Below, in pieces: positions 1 through 8,503 of a stretch of DNA of 43,578 nt (its first letter is position 1; each line of letters opens with the position of its first letter). A program made the position numbers and the translations under genes. The stretch comes from Deltaproteobacteria bacterium. GTDB lineage: Bacteria; Myxococcota_A; UBA9160; G020347605. The notes beneath the pieces are model-generated. The model had not been told where the DNA came from. It worked only from the letters and a program-made list of their open reading frames with translations, and made no database searches. The DNA lies in assembly GCA_020347605.1 (NCBI GenBank), contig CP070734.1, positions 2,129,278-2,172,855 of the forward strand, read 5' to 3'.

Positions 1-1
1 C

Positions 2-544
2 ATCGATCTCTTCGACACCGCGGGAACGCTGGTCGGTCTTTCGCATCGCGCCGGACTGCTCGACGCGCGGGGTCGCCTGCCGCGCATCGGCCGCGCCCTG
101 CTGGCCGACTCCACCGCCACGGTGGCCGGTGCCCTGCTCGGGACCTCCACGACGACCAGCTACGTCGAGAGCGCCTCGGGCATCAAGGCCGGCGGGCGCA
201 CGGGCCTGTGCGCCCTGACCGTCGCCGTGCTCTTCCTGATCTGCCTCTTCTTCGCGCCGCTCGCCCAGACCGTCCCGGCCTACGCGACCGGCGCCGCCCT
301 GCTGTTCGTCGCGTGTCTCATGGCCCGCGGCCTCACCGAGATCGACTGGGACGACGCGACGGAGTACGCGCCCGCCGTCGTCACGGCTCTGGGAATGCCC
401 CTCACGTTCTCCATCGCCGACGGAATCGGGCTGGGGCTCATCACCTATGCCCTCGCCAAGCTGCTGAGCGGGCGCTTTGCCGACTGCTCCCCCGCCGTGC
501 TCGTCATCGCTGCGCTCTTCGCGCTGAAGTTCCTGTTGCTCTGA
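2..544 (+). CDS. NCS2-family nucleobase permease (AzgA/PurP-type adenine/guanine/hypoxanthine permease), C-terminal part; 5' end outside the window
   Basis: The frame is open from the window edge to TGA 542-544. The translation (IDLFDTAGTLVGL...TSTTTSYVESASGIKAGGRTGL... followed by hydrophobic helices) matches the conserved C-terminal half of this permease family as I recall it. Confidence 0.8.
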   Translation: MDLFDTAGTLVGLSHRAGLLDARGRLPRIGRALLADSTATVAGALLGTSTTTSYVESASGIKAGGRTGLCALTVAVLFLICLFFAPLAQTVPAYATGAALLFVACLMARGLTEIDWDDATEYAPAVVTALGMPLTFSIADGIGLGLITYALAKLLSGRFADCSPAVLVIAALFALKFLLL

Positions 545-576
545 GGCCGCAGCGCGGGCCCGGTCCCGCGGCGGCC
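545..576 (+). terminator. GC-rich hairpin directly after the permease stop (possible intrinsic terminator, no U-tract)
   Basis: ggccgc(ag)cgcggg - cccggt - cccgcggcggcc forms a roughly 12 bp stem with a 2-nt bulge, starting 1 nt after the stop. No T-run follows, so the call is weak. Confidence 0.3.
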
Positions 577-737
577 TCGAGTCGCTCCGCCCACTCCGCA
601 CTTTTGCGTAGACTCGACCCCGCCTGCCGAGTAGTCTTGCCGCGTGCCCGCCGCGGCGTGTTCGCGCGCGATGCCGACGCCCCACAGTCGTTCGCGTGCG
701 ACGCTGCCGAGCCGCTTCTTCGCATGGGAGTCGAGCC

Positions 738-1616
738 ATGAACGGAGGCAAGCGAAGCGCGCGCAGGGGATGGTCCCATGCCGCACTCCTGATCCTGATC
801 CCGGCAGTTTCCGCCGCCCAGACGTTCCAGGCGCCCGAGATCGTGTTCGCCGACGAGACGGGCTCGTTCGAGTATCAGGCCACGTTCACTGCGGGGCCCG
901 GAGGAGACGTCCTGGCATCCTACATCATCGATGGAACCGCCAACACGAACCTCGGCGTGTTCACCGGCGATTTCTTCTGCTTCGTCGGCATCGAAGAGGG
1001 CGAGACGTGGCCCGTCTTCGTCGGCGGATCGCTGCTCGACCCGGCCGTCGAGGGATCGGTCTTCATCGAGTTCTCCACCGGCTGCCCGGGGGGCTCGGGG
1101 CAATCCCTCGTGGTCGAGACGGTCGTCGTGCCGCCCCCACCCATCTCCGTCGACATCGACATCAAGCCGGACAGCGACGCCAACGCCATCAATCCCTTTG
1201 CGCGCGGGGCCATCGCCGTGGCGGTCCTGGGATCCGCCTCGTTCGACGTCGCCGACGTGGACGCGATCACCCTGGCATTCGGTCCGGACGCAGCACCCCC
1301 GAAGCACGACCTGTCAGACCCGGTCGAGCTCGCGCATCACCTCCGGGACGTGAACGGGGACGGTCGCACGGACCTGATCTCGCACCATTCGACTCGGGAC
1401 ACGGGGATCGTTCGAGGGCAGACACATGCGTGTCTCTCGGGCCGGACCTGGAGCGGAATGCCGTTCCACGGCTGCGACGCGATCGCCACCGAGACCCCGA
1501 GCGGGGGCGCGGGCTGCGGGCTCGGCTTCGAGCTGACCCTCATCGTGCCGCTTCTCGCACGCCGGCGTCGCCGGCGCGCGGCGCACGTCGGCGCGAGCTC
1601 GGGACGAGTGGTGTGA
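738..1616 (+). CDS. secreted hypothetical protein with a DxNxDGxxD (Ca-binding/FG-GAP-like) motif and a C-terminal GlyGly/MYXO-CTERM-like sorting tail
   Basis: ATG 738 is preceded by gggag (726-730). The N-terminus MNGGKRSARRGWSHAALLILIPAVSAAQ looks like a signal peptide. An IDIKPDSDANAINPFARGAIAVAVLG repeat-like motif and DVNGDGRTD are present. The C-terminus is GGAGCGLGFELTLIVPLLARRRRRR plus 12 aa. The upstream ATG 696 is in frame but lacks an SD. Confidence 0.6.
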   Translation: MNGGKRSARRGWSHAALLILIPAVSAAQTFQAPEIVFADETGSFEYQATFTAGPGGDVLASYIIDGTANTNLGVFTGDFFCFVGIEEGETWPVFVGGSLLDPAVEGSVFIEFSTGCPGGSGQSLVVETVVVPPPPISVDIDIKPDSDANAINPFARGAIAVAVLGSASFDVADVDAITLAFGPDAAPPKHDLSDPVELAHHLRDVNGDGRTDLISHHSTRDTGIVRGQTHACLSGRTWSGMPFHGCDAIATETPSGGAGCGLGFELTLIVPLLARRRRRRAAHVGASSGRVV

Positions 1617-1632
1617 ACTCGGGACGAGCGGC

Positions 1633-2577
1633 GTGAGCCGGCTACGGGTCCTCTTGCCGTTGGTTCTCTTCGCATCGCAGCCTCGGGCGAGTCCCGCCCA
1701 GGAGGCGCCGATCGAAGTGCTGCTGATCGGAGATTCGATCACGGCCGGTGCGGTCAGCGGCGCCGACGGCGTGGCCTATGCGGAGCGGCTCCGATCCCGG
1801 CTCGGAGCCGACTTCGAAGTCCGCAACATCGCGTGCCCCGGAACCACGTCGCTCGACTGGACGCTGACCCATGCGTCGCCCTGGTGCAGCGCGGAATACG
1901 TCCCACCGGGTCTCTTCGAGACACGCGCGCTACCGATTCTGCCGGTGTCGTTCGCCGCGATCCTGCTCGGCACGAACGACGCGGTGGGATTCGGGGAGCC
2001 GGAACCGGTCTCCGTCGCAGCATACGCCGTGGCCATCGACGAGATCGCCGCGAATCTCCTCGCCGCGGGCGCCGCCCAGGTGATCCTGATGACACCCCCG
2101 CGGAACTGCGGTGCAGACGCGTCGGGCCAGAGGCGGCTCTTCGGCTACCGCCGAGCGATCCTGGCTCTGTGCGCGGGGCCCCCGGGCCTCCTGTGTGGAC
2201 CGGACCTCTACGCGCTCCTCGATCTGGATCTGCACTTCGCGAGCTGCGATCCGCACCCGAACGCCGCCGGCCACGGGGTGATCGCCAGCGAGCTCGCGAG
2301 AGCCGTCATCTCGGCCGTTCCGGAGCCCGACGCCATCACGTCCCGGCTCTCGGCGTTGGCCGCGCTCGCAGTGCTCGCCCTGTGGACCCGGCTCCGCTCG
2401 CGCGATTCTGCGATACTGCCGCCATGCACGAATACGCGATCGACCCCAGCGACGAGGGGCGCCACGAGCCCGGCTCCGAACGATTCTGGAGCGAGTCCTA
2501 CTACTTCGACTTCCAGCGAGACGACGGATCGCTGGGCGGCTACGTCCGGATCGGGATCTGCCCCAATCTCGGGGTGA
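1633..2577 (+). CDS. SGNH/GDSL-family hydrolase (lipase/esterase-like), secreted, with an internal PEP-CTERM-like segment
   Basis: GTG start followed by the signal-like MSRLRVLLPLVLFASQPRASPAQ. Block I is LLIGDSITAG, block III is LLGTNDA and block V is DPHPNAAGH. VPEPDAITSRLSALAALAVLALWTRLRSR spans aa 229-257. The frame then stays open for 57 more low-complexity codons to 2577, so the true 3' end is uncertain. Confidence 0.75.
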   Translation: MSRLRVLLPLVLFASQPRASPAQEAPIEVLLIGDSITAGAVSGADGVAYAERLRSRLGADFEVRNIACPGTTSLDWTLTHASPWCSAEYVPPGLFETRALPILPVSFAAILLGTNDAVGFGEPEPVSVAAYAVAIDEIAANLLAAGAAQVILMTPPRNCGADASGQRRLFGYRRAILALCAGPPGLLCGPDLYALLDLDLHFASCDPHPNAAGHGVIASELARAVISAVPEPDAITSRLSALAALAVLALWTRLRSRDSAILPPCTNTRSTPATRGATSPAPNDSGASPTTSTSSETTDRWAATSGSGSAPISG

Positions 2578-3353
2578 CCTGGTACTGGGCCTGCCTGGTC
2601 GGAGCGGGACGCCCACTCGTGACCGTGATCGATCACGCGGCGCCCCTCCCGGCGGCGGGTTCGCTCGATCTACGGCACGGCGACCTCGCCGCCACGCACC
2701 GCTGCGCGACCCCGAACCAGAGCTTCCGCCTCACGCTGGCGGCCCGCGCGATCGCGCTCGAGGATCCCGCCGAGACCTACCGCGGGATGCACGGCAAGCC
2801 GACACGGCTGCGGTTCGACCTGCAGTGGGAGACCGACGGACCGGGCGGCTACCGCTTCCGCGACCTCACCCGCTACGAGATTCCGTGTCGCGTCAGCGGA
2901 CAGCTCGAGACGGACGGGGAGACGATCGCGTTCGAGGGGCACGGTCAGCGCGATCATTCGTGGGGCGAGCGCGACTGGTGGGCCAACGCCTGGTGCTGGA
3001 ACGCGGGTCGCCTCGCGGACGGGACGCGCTTCCACTCGGTGGCACCGCGCACCCTGGACGGTCAGAACATCCCCTGGGCCGCGGGCTACGTGCAGCCGCC
3101 CGGCCAACCCCTCGAGCCGATCCACAGCTCGAGCGCCGAAGAGGCGCTCGGCGCCGACGGCCTCCCGACCTCCGCACGCATCGGGGTCGGCGACCTGCAC
3201 CTCGACGTGGAGCCCCTGTATTTCTCACCCGTCCTGCTCACCGATCCCGACGGCCGCGTCTCGCGCTTCCCGCGCTGCCTCGCCCGCTACAGCGCCGCCG
3301 ACGGGCGCACGGGGCTCGGTTGGATCGAGTGGAACCAGCCGCAGTCCGGCTGA
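2424..3353 (+). CDS. conserved hypothetical protein (possibly an AttH/CrtC-like beta-barrel family; name uncertain)
   Basis: ATG 2424 lies inside the longer track ORF 1833-3353. From this Met the composition becomes protein-like (MHEYAIDPSDEGRHEPGSERFWSESYYFDF..., GHGQRDHSWGERDWW motif). Upstream of it the ORF is an Arg/Pro-rich out-of-frame read of the SGNH gene. Confidence 0.6.
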   Translation: MHEYAIDPSDEGRHEPGSERFWSESYYFDFQRDDGSLGGYVRIGICPNLGVTWYWACLVGAGRPLVTVIDHAAPLPAAGSLDLRHGDLAATHRCATPNQSFRLTLAARAIALEDPAETYRGMHGKPTRLRFDLQWETDGPGGYRFRDLTRYEIPCRVSGQLETDGETIAFEGHGQRDHSWGERDWWANAWCWNAGRLADGTRFHSVAPRTLDGQNIPWAAGYVQPPGQPLEPIHSSSAEEALGADGLPTSARIGVGDLHLDVEPLYFSPVLLTDPDGRVSRFPRCLARYSAADGRTGLGWIEWNQPQSG

Positions 3354-3468
3354 CGGCTCCCCCCCGTTCGCAGCTCCGGCTCGGCGCGTTCGAGACCACC
3401 CGCTACGCAGCTCGGCACGGCCGGCCGGGACGTGGCGCTGCTAGCATGTCGCGGGGAGAGGCGAATCG

Positions 3469-6400
3469 ATGCGTCACGGTCTGCTCCGGTCGTCGTTGGC
3501 GTTCGCCGTCCTCGCGCTCGCCCCGCCGCTCGACGCGCAGCAGACACCGACCCGCGCTCCCACGGAGACCGGGGCCGGCGCCCGCGCCGCCAACCTGTCC
3601 GCGGAGGCGAGCGCCAAGCTCGCCGAGATCGAGGCGCAGCTCGCACGCGCGCGCGCGCAGGCCGAGGAGTGGGCGGCAAAGGCCGCGGACTACGAGCAGG
3701 CGCGCGCGGCGGCGCCCGAGCGGTTGCGCGCGATCGAGGAGGAGATCGCAGCGCTGCAGTCGCGCGAGCCGGTCGAGCTTCCAAAGAGCGCGACGCTCGA
3801 CGAGATCGAGGCGCAGCTCGTCGGCGCGCAGCAGGACTTCGACCTGGCGCGCAAGGAGGCTGCGGAGCTCGAAGCCGAGTCCGCGCGCCGCTCGGAGCGC
3901 CGCAAGCGGATCCCGGAGCTGCTCGCCGCCGCGAAGGAGCGGCTGCGCGCGCTCGAGGATGTTCCGGCCGGCGCGCCGGACGAGGCCCCGCAGCTGATCG
4001 AGGCCCGCGGACAGCTCGCCGACGCCCGCCGCGTCGCGCTCGAGCAGGAGATCGACGCCTACGAGAAGGAGCTCACCAGCTACGAAGCCCGGGGCGCGCT
4101 GCTCGCGCGGCGACTCGACCGCGCCACGCTCCGCGTCGCCCGCAACGAGGCCCGGACCGCCGCGCTGCGCGACGCCGTCACGATCGGTCAGCAGGTCGAA
4201 GCCGCCCGCGACGCCGAACGGGCGAGCGAGCTTCTCGAAGCGGCCACCGCGCTGCCGCCGACCGCGCGCGGCGTGGTGCGCCAGCTCGCCGAGCAGAACG
4301 CCGAGCTCGCCCGTCAGCGCACCGGCGACGAGGGACTCGTCGGAAAGATCGACGATGTGAGCCGCAAGCTCGCGCGCGCCGAGGGCGCCGTGGCCGCGGT
4401 CGAGGCGGAGTTCGCGCGCCTCGAGACCAAGATCGAAGCCGCCGGGCTCAGCGATTCGGTGGGTCTGTTGCTGCGACGGCAGCGCTCCGAGGCGCCCGAC
4501 GTCGGCAAGTACCGCCGCTTCATCCGGATGCGCCAGGAGCAGATCGGCGCGGTGCAGCTCCAGCAGATCGAGCTGCGCGAGCGACGCCGCGAGCTCGCCG
4601 ATATCGACCGCATCGTCGAGACGACGATGGCGCGACTCGACCCCGACCTCGGGTCCGCCGACCGCGCCCGCATCGAGTCCCTGTTGCGCGACCTGCTCGA
4701 GACGAAACGTCGGTACACCGAAGCGCTGATCCAGGACTACGAGACCTACTTCGAGCGACTCATCGACTTCGACGCCAAGCAGCAGGAGCTGATCGACCGG
4801 ACCGAGCAGCTGCTGCGCTACATCGACGAGCGCATCCTCTGGATCCCGAGCGGCGAAGCGGTGCGTCCCAGCATGCTCGCCGACGGCCGCGATGCGCTCG
4901 CCTGGTTCATGGCGCCGCGTTTCTGGGGCCAGCTCGGCCGGGCGCTCGCGCGCGCGGTGCGCGACGGACCCATCCTGTTCGCGGCCGTCGTGATCGCGCT
5001 GCTCGCGTCGCTGCCACTCGCGCGGCGCGTGCGGCCCCGGATCCGCGCGCTCGGCGAGCGCGCGCGCGAGACGACGTGCACGCGCTACGCACCCACCTGG
5101 CAGGCGCTCGGCTACACGATCCTGCTGGTGCCGTGGCTGCCGGGCCTGCTCGCCGTGCTCGGCTGGCAGCTCGGCATCTCGCCGGGCGCCACGCAGTTCA
5201 CGCGCTGCGTGGCGCACGGAATGCTGATGGCCGCCGCGCTCTGGTTCACGCTCGAGATCCCGCGCCAGCTGCTCCGGGATCTCGGCGTAGCCGAGGCGCA
5301 CCTCGGCTGGCCCCGCGCGGCGGTGGAGGCGCTCCGCCGCGACCTCCTCTGGCTGACCGCCAGCGCCGTACCGGCGGTGTTCCTGATCTACGTGTTCGAG
5401 CTTCGGGACGAGGAGGCGTGGCGCGAGTCGATCGGCCGCGCGCTGTTCGTCGCCACGATGGCCGCGGCACTCGTCTTCACGCACCGCGCCATGCGGGAAC
5501 GCAGCGGGGCGCTCCGGGAGATCGCGCGCGCGGCGATCGGGTCCCGGATCCCGCGCTGGCTGTGGCGGCTCGCGTACTCGCTCGCCGTCGCGCTGCCGGT
5601 GTTTCTCGCCGCCGCCGCGCTGAGCGGGTACTACTGGACCGCCCTGCGACTGGCCGCGCCCTACCACCTGAGCCTCTTCTTCCTGGTCACGCTGTTCGTC
5701 GTGTTGCGGCTCGGCGGCCGCTGGTCGCTCCTCGCCCGGCGCCGGCTCGTCATGGAGCAGGCGCGGCAGCGGGTGGAGGCGGAGCGGCGCGCCCGGGAGG
5801 CGAAGGGCGAGGCCGAGCCGACCCCGGAGATTTCGGAGCCGGAGGTCGACGTCGCAGCGGCGGGCGCGCAGACCGGTCGGCTCCTCACGAGCACGGCGCT
5901 GTTCGCGGTGCTCATGGGTCTGTGGCTGATCTGGGCCGACGTCCTGCCCGCGGTCGGAATCCTTCGGGAGGTCGAGCTCTGGACGACGACCGAGACGGTG
6001 ACGGTCGAGACTGCGGACGCCGAGGGCGAACGGCTCTTGACCAGCGAGGAACGCGTCGCGCCCGTCACGCTGGCCGACCTGCTCCGCGCGCTGCTGATCG
6101 GCGTGGTGGCGCTGGTGCTGGTCCGCAACCTGCCCGGGCTGCTCGAGATGGCGTTGCTCGGACGCGCCGGCATCGGCGCCGGGGAGCGCTACGCGTATGC
6201 GACGATCCTGCGCTACGGCATCACGCTCGCCGCGCTGGTGCTCGCCTTCAACGCGGTCGGCGTCGGATGGTCCAGCATCCAGTGGCTCGTCGCGGCCGTC
6301 GGACTGGGCCTGGGATTCGGGCTGCAGGAGATCTTCGCGAACTTCGTGTCGGGTCTGATCATCCTGTTCGAGCGGCCGATCCGGGTCGGCGACACCGTGA

Positions 6401-6885
6401 CGGTCGGGGACATCAGCGGCACTGTCACGCGGATCCGGATCCGGGCGACCTGGATCACCGGCTTCGACCGCAAGGAGCTCGTGGTTCCGAACAAGGAGTT
6501 CGTGACCGGGCGGCTCGTCAACTGGTCGCTGTCGGACGCGATCCTGCGCGTGGACGTGCCCGTGGGCATCGCGTACGGGTCGGACACCGACAAGGCGCTC
6601 GAGGTGCTCCACCGCGTCGCCGCCGAGAACGAGCACGTCTTGAAGGATCCGGAGCCGCAGGCGTGGTTCCTGAGCTTCGGCGACAGCTCGCTCGAGTTCC
6701 AGCTGCGCGTCTTCAGCCCGGACGTGGCGCACATGTTCCTGATCCGCCACCAGATCCACATGGCGATCGACCGGGCGTTCCGCGACGCGGGCATCGAGAT
6801 CGCGTTTCCGCAGCGCGACCTGCACGTGCGGTCGGTGCCCGACGCCTGGAAGGCGGTGGAGCGGCCGCGCGCCTCCGAGAGCTAG
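3469..6885 (+). CDS. mscK: MscK/KefA-type large mechanosensitive channel (MscS superfamily)
   Basis: 1138 aa with a signal peptide (MRHGLLRSSLAFAVLALAPPLDAQ). A long Ala/Glu/Arg-rich coiled-coil periplasmic domain is followed by multiple TM helices. The canonical MscS core is present: GLGFGLQEIFANFVSGLIILFERPIRVGDTVTVGDISGTVTRIRIRAT...NWS. Confidence 0.9.
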   Translation: MRHGLLRSSLAFAVLALAPPLDAQQTPTRAPTETGAGARAANLSAEASAKLAEIEAQLARARAQAEEWAAKAADYEQARAAAPERLRAIEEEIAALQSREPVELPKSATLDEIEAQLVGAQQDFDLARKEAAELEAESARRSERRKRIPELLAAAKERLRALEDVPAGAPDEAPQLIEARGQLADARRVALEQEIDAYEKELTSYEARGALLARRLDRATLRVARNEARTAALRDAVTIGQQVEAARDAERASELLEAATALPPTARGVVRQLAEQNAELARQRTGDEGLVGKIDDVSRKLARAEGAVAAVEAEFARLETKIEAAGLSDSVGLLLRRQRSEAPDVGKYRRFIRMRQEQIGAVQLQQIELRERRRELADIDRIVETTMARLDPDLGSADRARIESLLRDLLETKRRYTEALIQDYETYFERLIDFDAKQQELIDRTEQLLRYIDERILWIPSGEAVRPSMLADGRDALAWFMAPRFWGQLGRALARAVRDGPILFAAVVIALLASLPLARRVRPRIRALGERARETTCTRYAPTWQALGYTILLVPWLPGLLAVLGWQLGISPGATQFTRCVAHGMLMAAALWFTLEIPRQLLRDLGVAEAHLGWPRAAVEALRRDLLWLTASAVPAVFLIYVFELRDEEAWRESIGRALFVATMAAALVFTHRAMRERSGALREIARAAIGSRIPRWLWRLAYSLAVALPVFLAAAALSGYYWTALRLAAPYHLSLFFLVTLFVVLRLGGRWSLLARRRLVMEQARQRVEAERRAREAKGEAEPTPEISEPEVDVAAAGAQTGRLLTSTALFAVLMGLWLIWADVLPAVGILREVELWTTTETVTVETADAEGERLLTSEERVAPVTLADLLRALLIGVVALVLVRNLPGLLEMALLGRAGIGAGERYAYATILRYGITLAALVLAFNAVGVGWSSIQWLVAAVGLGLGFGLQEIFANFVSGLIILFERPIRVGDTVTVGDISGTVTRIRIRATWITGFDRKELVVPNKEFVTGRLVNWSLSDAILRVDVPVGIAYGSDTDKALEVLHRVAAENEHVLKDPEPQAWFLSFGDSSLEFQLRVFSPDVAHMFLIRHQIHMAIDRAFRDAGIEIAFPQRDLHVRSVPDAWKAVERPRASES

Positions 6886-6894
6886 ACTCGCGGC

Positions 6895-7344
6895 GTGGCG
6901 AGCGCGCACGACGAGATCCGCCGGCTCATCTACGCCTACGCGGAACGCCTCGACGCGGGCGACTTCGCCGCCGTCGGTCGACTCTTCGCCGCGGCCCGCT
7001 ACGGTGCGGGCGAAGGCCCGCTCGGCCTGAGCGGTGCGGACGTGGAGCGACTCCATGGCGAGCTGGTGATCCTCTACGAGGATGGAACGCCCCGCACCAA
7101 GCACGTCACGACCAACGTCGCGATCGAGCTGGATGCGGCGGGGCGCGGCGCCCGCGCGCACTCCTATTACGTGGTCCTGCAGCAGGTTCCGGGCGGACCG
7201 CTGCAGCCGATCGTTTCCGGCCGCTACGAGGATCGCTTCGAGCTGGCCGACGGACGCTGGCGCTTCGCGGCCCGGCGCATCCACGTGGATCTGGTCGGCG
7301 ACCTGAGCCGCCACCTGCGCACGATCCCCGCCGGCGTCCGCTAG
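6895..7344 (+). CDS. SnoaL-like / NTF2-fold protein
   Basis: GTG start. DEIRRLIYAYAERLDAGDFAAVGRLFA is a typical SnoaL_4 N-terminus, and the C-terminus is ...GRYEDRFELADGRWRFAARRIHVDL. 149 aa. Confidence 0.6.
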   Translation: MASAHDEIRRLIYAYAERLDAGDFAAVGRLFAAARYGAGEGPLGLSGADVERLHGELVILYEDGTPRTKHVTTNVAIELDAAGRGARAHSYYVVLQQVPGGPLQPIVSGRYEDRFELADGRWRFAARRIHVDLVGDLSRHLRTIPAGVR

Positions 7345-7375
7345 CGCGGCGCGCCGCGGCGCGTCCCGGCGGAGC

Positions 7376-7975
7376 TCAGTCGGTTCGCAGAGTGGCGCGG
7401 TCCACGATCGACTGTCGCTCCAGGTCGTCCGTGGCGAGCAGCAGCGCCTTCTGTTTCACGCGCAGCGTCTCCCGATCGACGATCACGCGGATCCGGTCGG
7501 TGCGCAGCTGCCGGCCGCGCAGCGTCAGGACGTCGCTGCCGCCCGTAAAGGGGACGAGTCCTCCGACGGCGCCGAGCACCGCGGTGCTCGCTCGGAGCTC
7601 GCGCGGCTGTCGAAACGCCTCGGACTCCTCGAAGGGCTCGAAGAAGAAGCCGAGGATGCCCATGGCGGTTCCGAGACCCGGGAGGCGCAGCGCGTCGCTG
7701 GGCACGAAGAAGCGGAGATCGGTGGCGCGGTGACGGCCCGTGTCGTACTCGAGGACCTCGTCGGCGAGCGTGTAGCTGAGCCGGTCCGGAGGCCCCAGGC
7801 GCGCGAGCACGTCCGCGCGGCCGTTCGCGCCGACCTCGATCGCGTCGAAGTCGGCCACCGGAAAGGGACGGCGGACCTCGACCTGGGCCATGTGGAATCC
7901 GCAGCCCGCAAGGAGCAGCGGCCCGGCGAGCAGGAATGCCGCGACGCTAGAAGGGCGTCCCATACCGCGGTTCAT
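7376..7975 (-). CDS. hypothetical lipoprotein
   Basis: ATG start. The signal peptide carries a lipobox (LLLAGC). The gene overlaps the 3' end of the upstream lipoprotein gene by 29 nt, so the two are probably co-transcribed. Confidence 0.55.
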   Translation of the reverse strand: MNRGMGRPSSVAAFLLAGPLLLAGCGFHMAQVEVRRPFPVADFDAIEVGANGRADVLARLGPPDRLSYTLADEVLEYDTGRHRATDLRFFVPSDALRLPGLGTAMGILGFFFEPFEESEAFRQPRELRASTAVLGAVGGLVPFTGGSDVLTLRGRQLRTDRIRVIVDRETLRVKQKALLLATDDLERQSIVDRATLRTD

Positions 7976-8342
7976 CCATCTCGAAGCGCGTCGCCACGTC
8001 CTCGACGACCCCGCGGTCGTCGAAGAAGATCACCACGTGATCGCTGTTCTTGTCGCTGTTCGCGGCCGAGAACAGGATCAACGTGAAGTAGGTCGTCTTC
8101 CTGCGGGTGCGCTCGTAGCGGTAGGCCCGCTCGAAGAGCCGGTCGTGCTCGCGGTTGGAGTAGACGATCTCGTCGGGCGTGCCCAGCAGGCGCGTCACGT
8201 CCGCGCGGGTGGACGTGCCGGGAACGATCTCGTTCACGGCATCGCGCGCGAGCGGACTACCGTCCGTGGTCTGCGTGAGAACGCAGCCCGACACGAGAAC
8301 CGCCACGCCGAGCCCTGTCAGCAGCGCGCCGAACCGTCGCAT
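7947..8342 (-). CDS. BamE/SmpA-OmlA-like small lipoprotein
   Basis: [20 protein letters not shown] has a lipobox. The motif GTSTRADVTRLLGTPDEIV is typical of the SmpA_OmlA (BamE) fold as I recall it. Confidence 0.55.
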   Translation of the reverse strand: MRRFGALLTGLGVAVLVSGCVLTQTTDGSPLARDAVNEIVPGTSTRADVTRLLGTPDEIVYSNREHDRLFERAYRYERTRRKTTYFTLILFSAANSDKNSDHVVIFFDDRGVVEDVATRFEMDEPRYGTPF

Positions 8343-8503
8343 GCGAACCTTCCCGGTTCCCCGGAGCCCATCGCCCGACGCGGTCCGCCCCGTGGAGCCG
8401 ATCGTTGGGTCCCCCAGGATACCGGTCCCGACGGGGTTCGGCCCGACGGTATACTGGGAGCGATGCCCGCCATCCGGAGCGACGTTTCCAACCCCGGGAC
8501 GGT

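Noticed and set aside
7345-7358. The 14-nt perfect GC palindrome CGCGGCGCGCCGCG between convergent genes, as a bidirectional terminator
   Set aside because: It is too short, with essentially no loop and no U-tract. Such palindromes arise easily at this GC content.
3403-7733. Very long ORFs overlapping mscK in other frames (3432-7733 +, 1433 aa; 3403-7314 -, 1303 aa)
   Set aside because: The translations are Arg/Ala/Gly/Pro low-complexity sequence with no recognisable motifs. They are the expected stop-poor alternate frames of a sequence of about 70% GC. The mscK frame (3469-6885) carries a signal peptide, TM helices and the MscS core.
8343-8503. TATACT (8451-8456) as the -10 element of a promoter for the sulfatase-like gene, and the CCCGACGG direct repeat nearby
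   Set aside because: There is no acceptable -35 at 16-19 nt spacing. With the GTG 8504 start the hexamer would be 47 nt upstream, which is plausible, but the evidence is a single hexamer.
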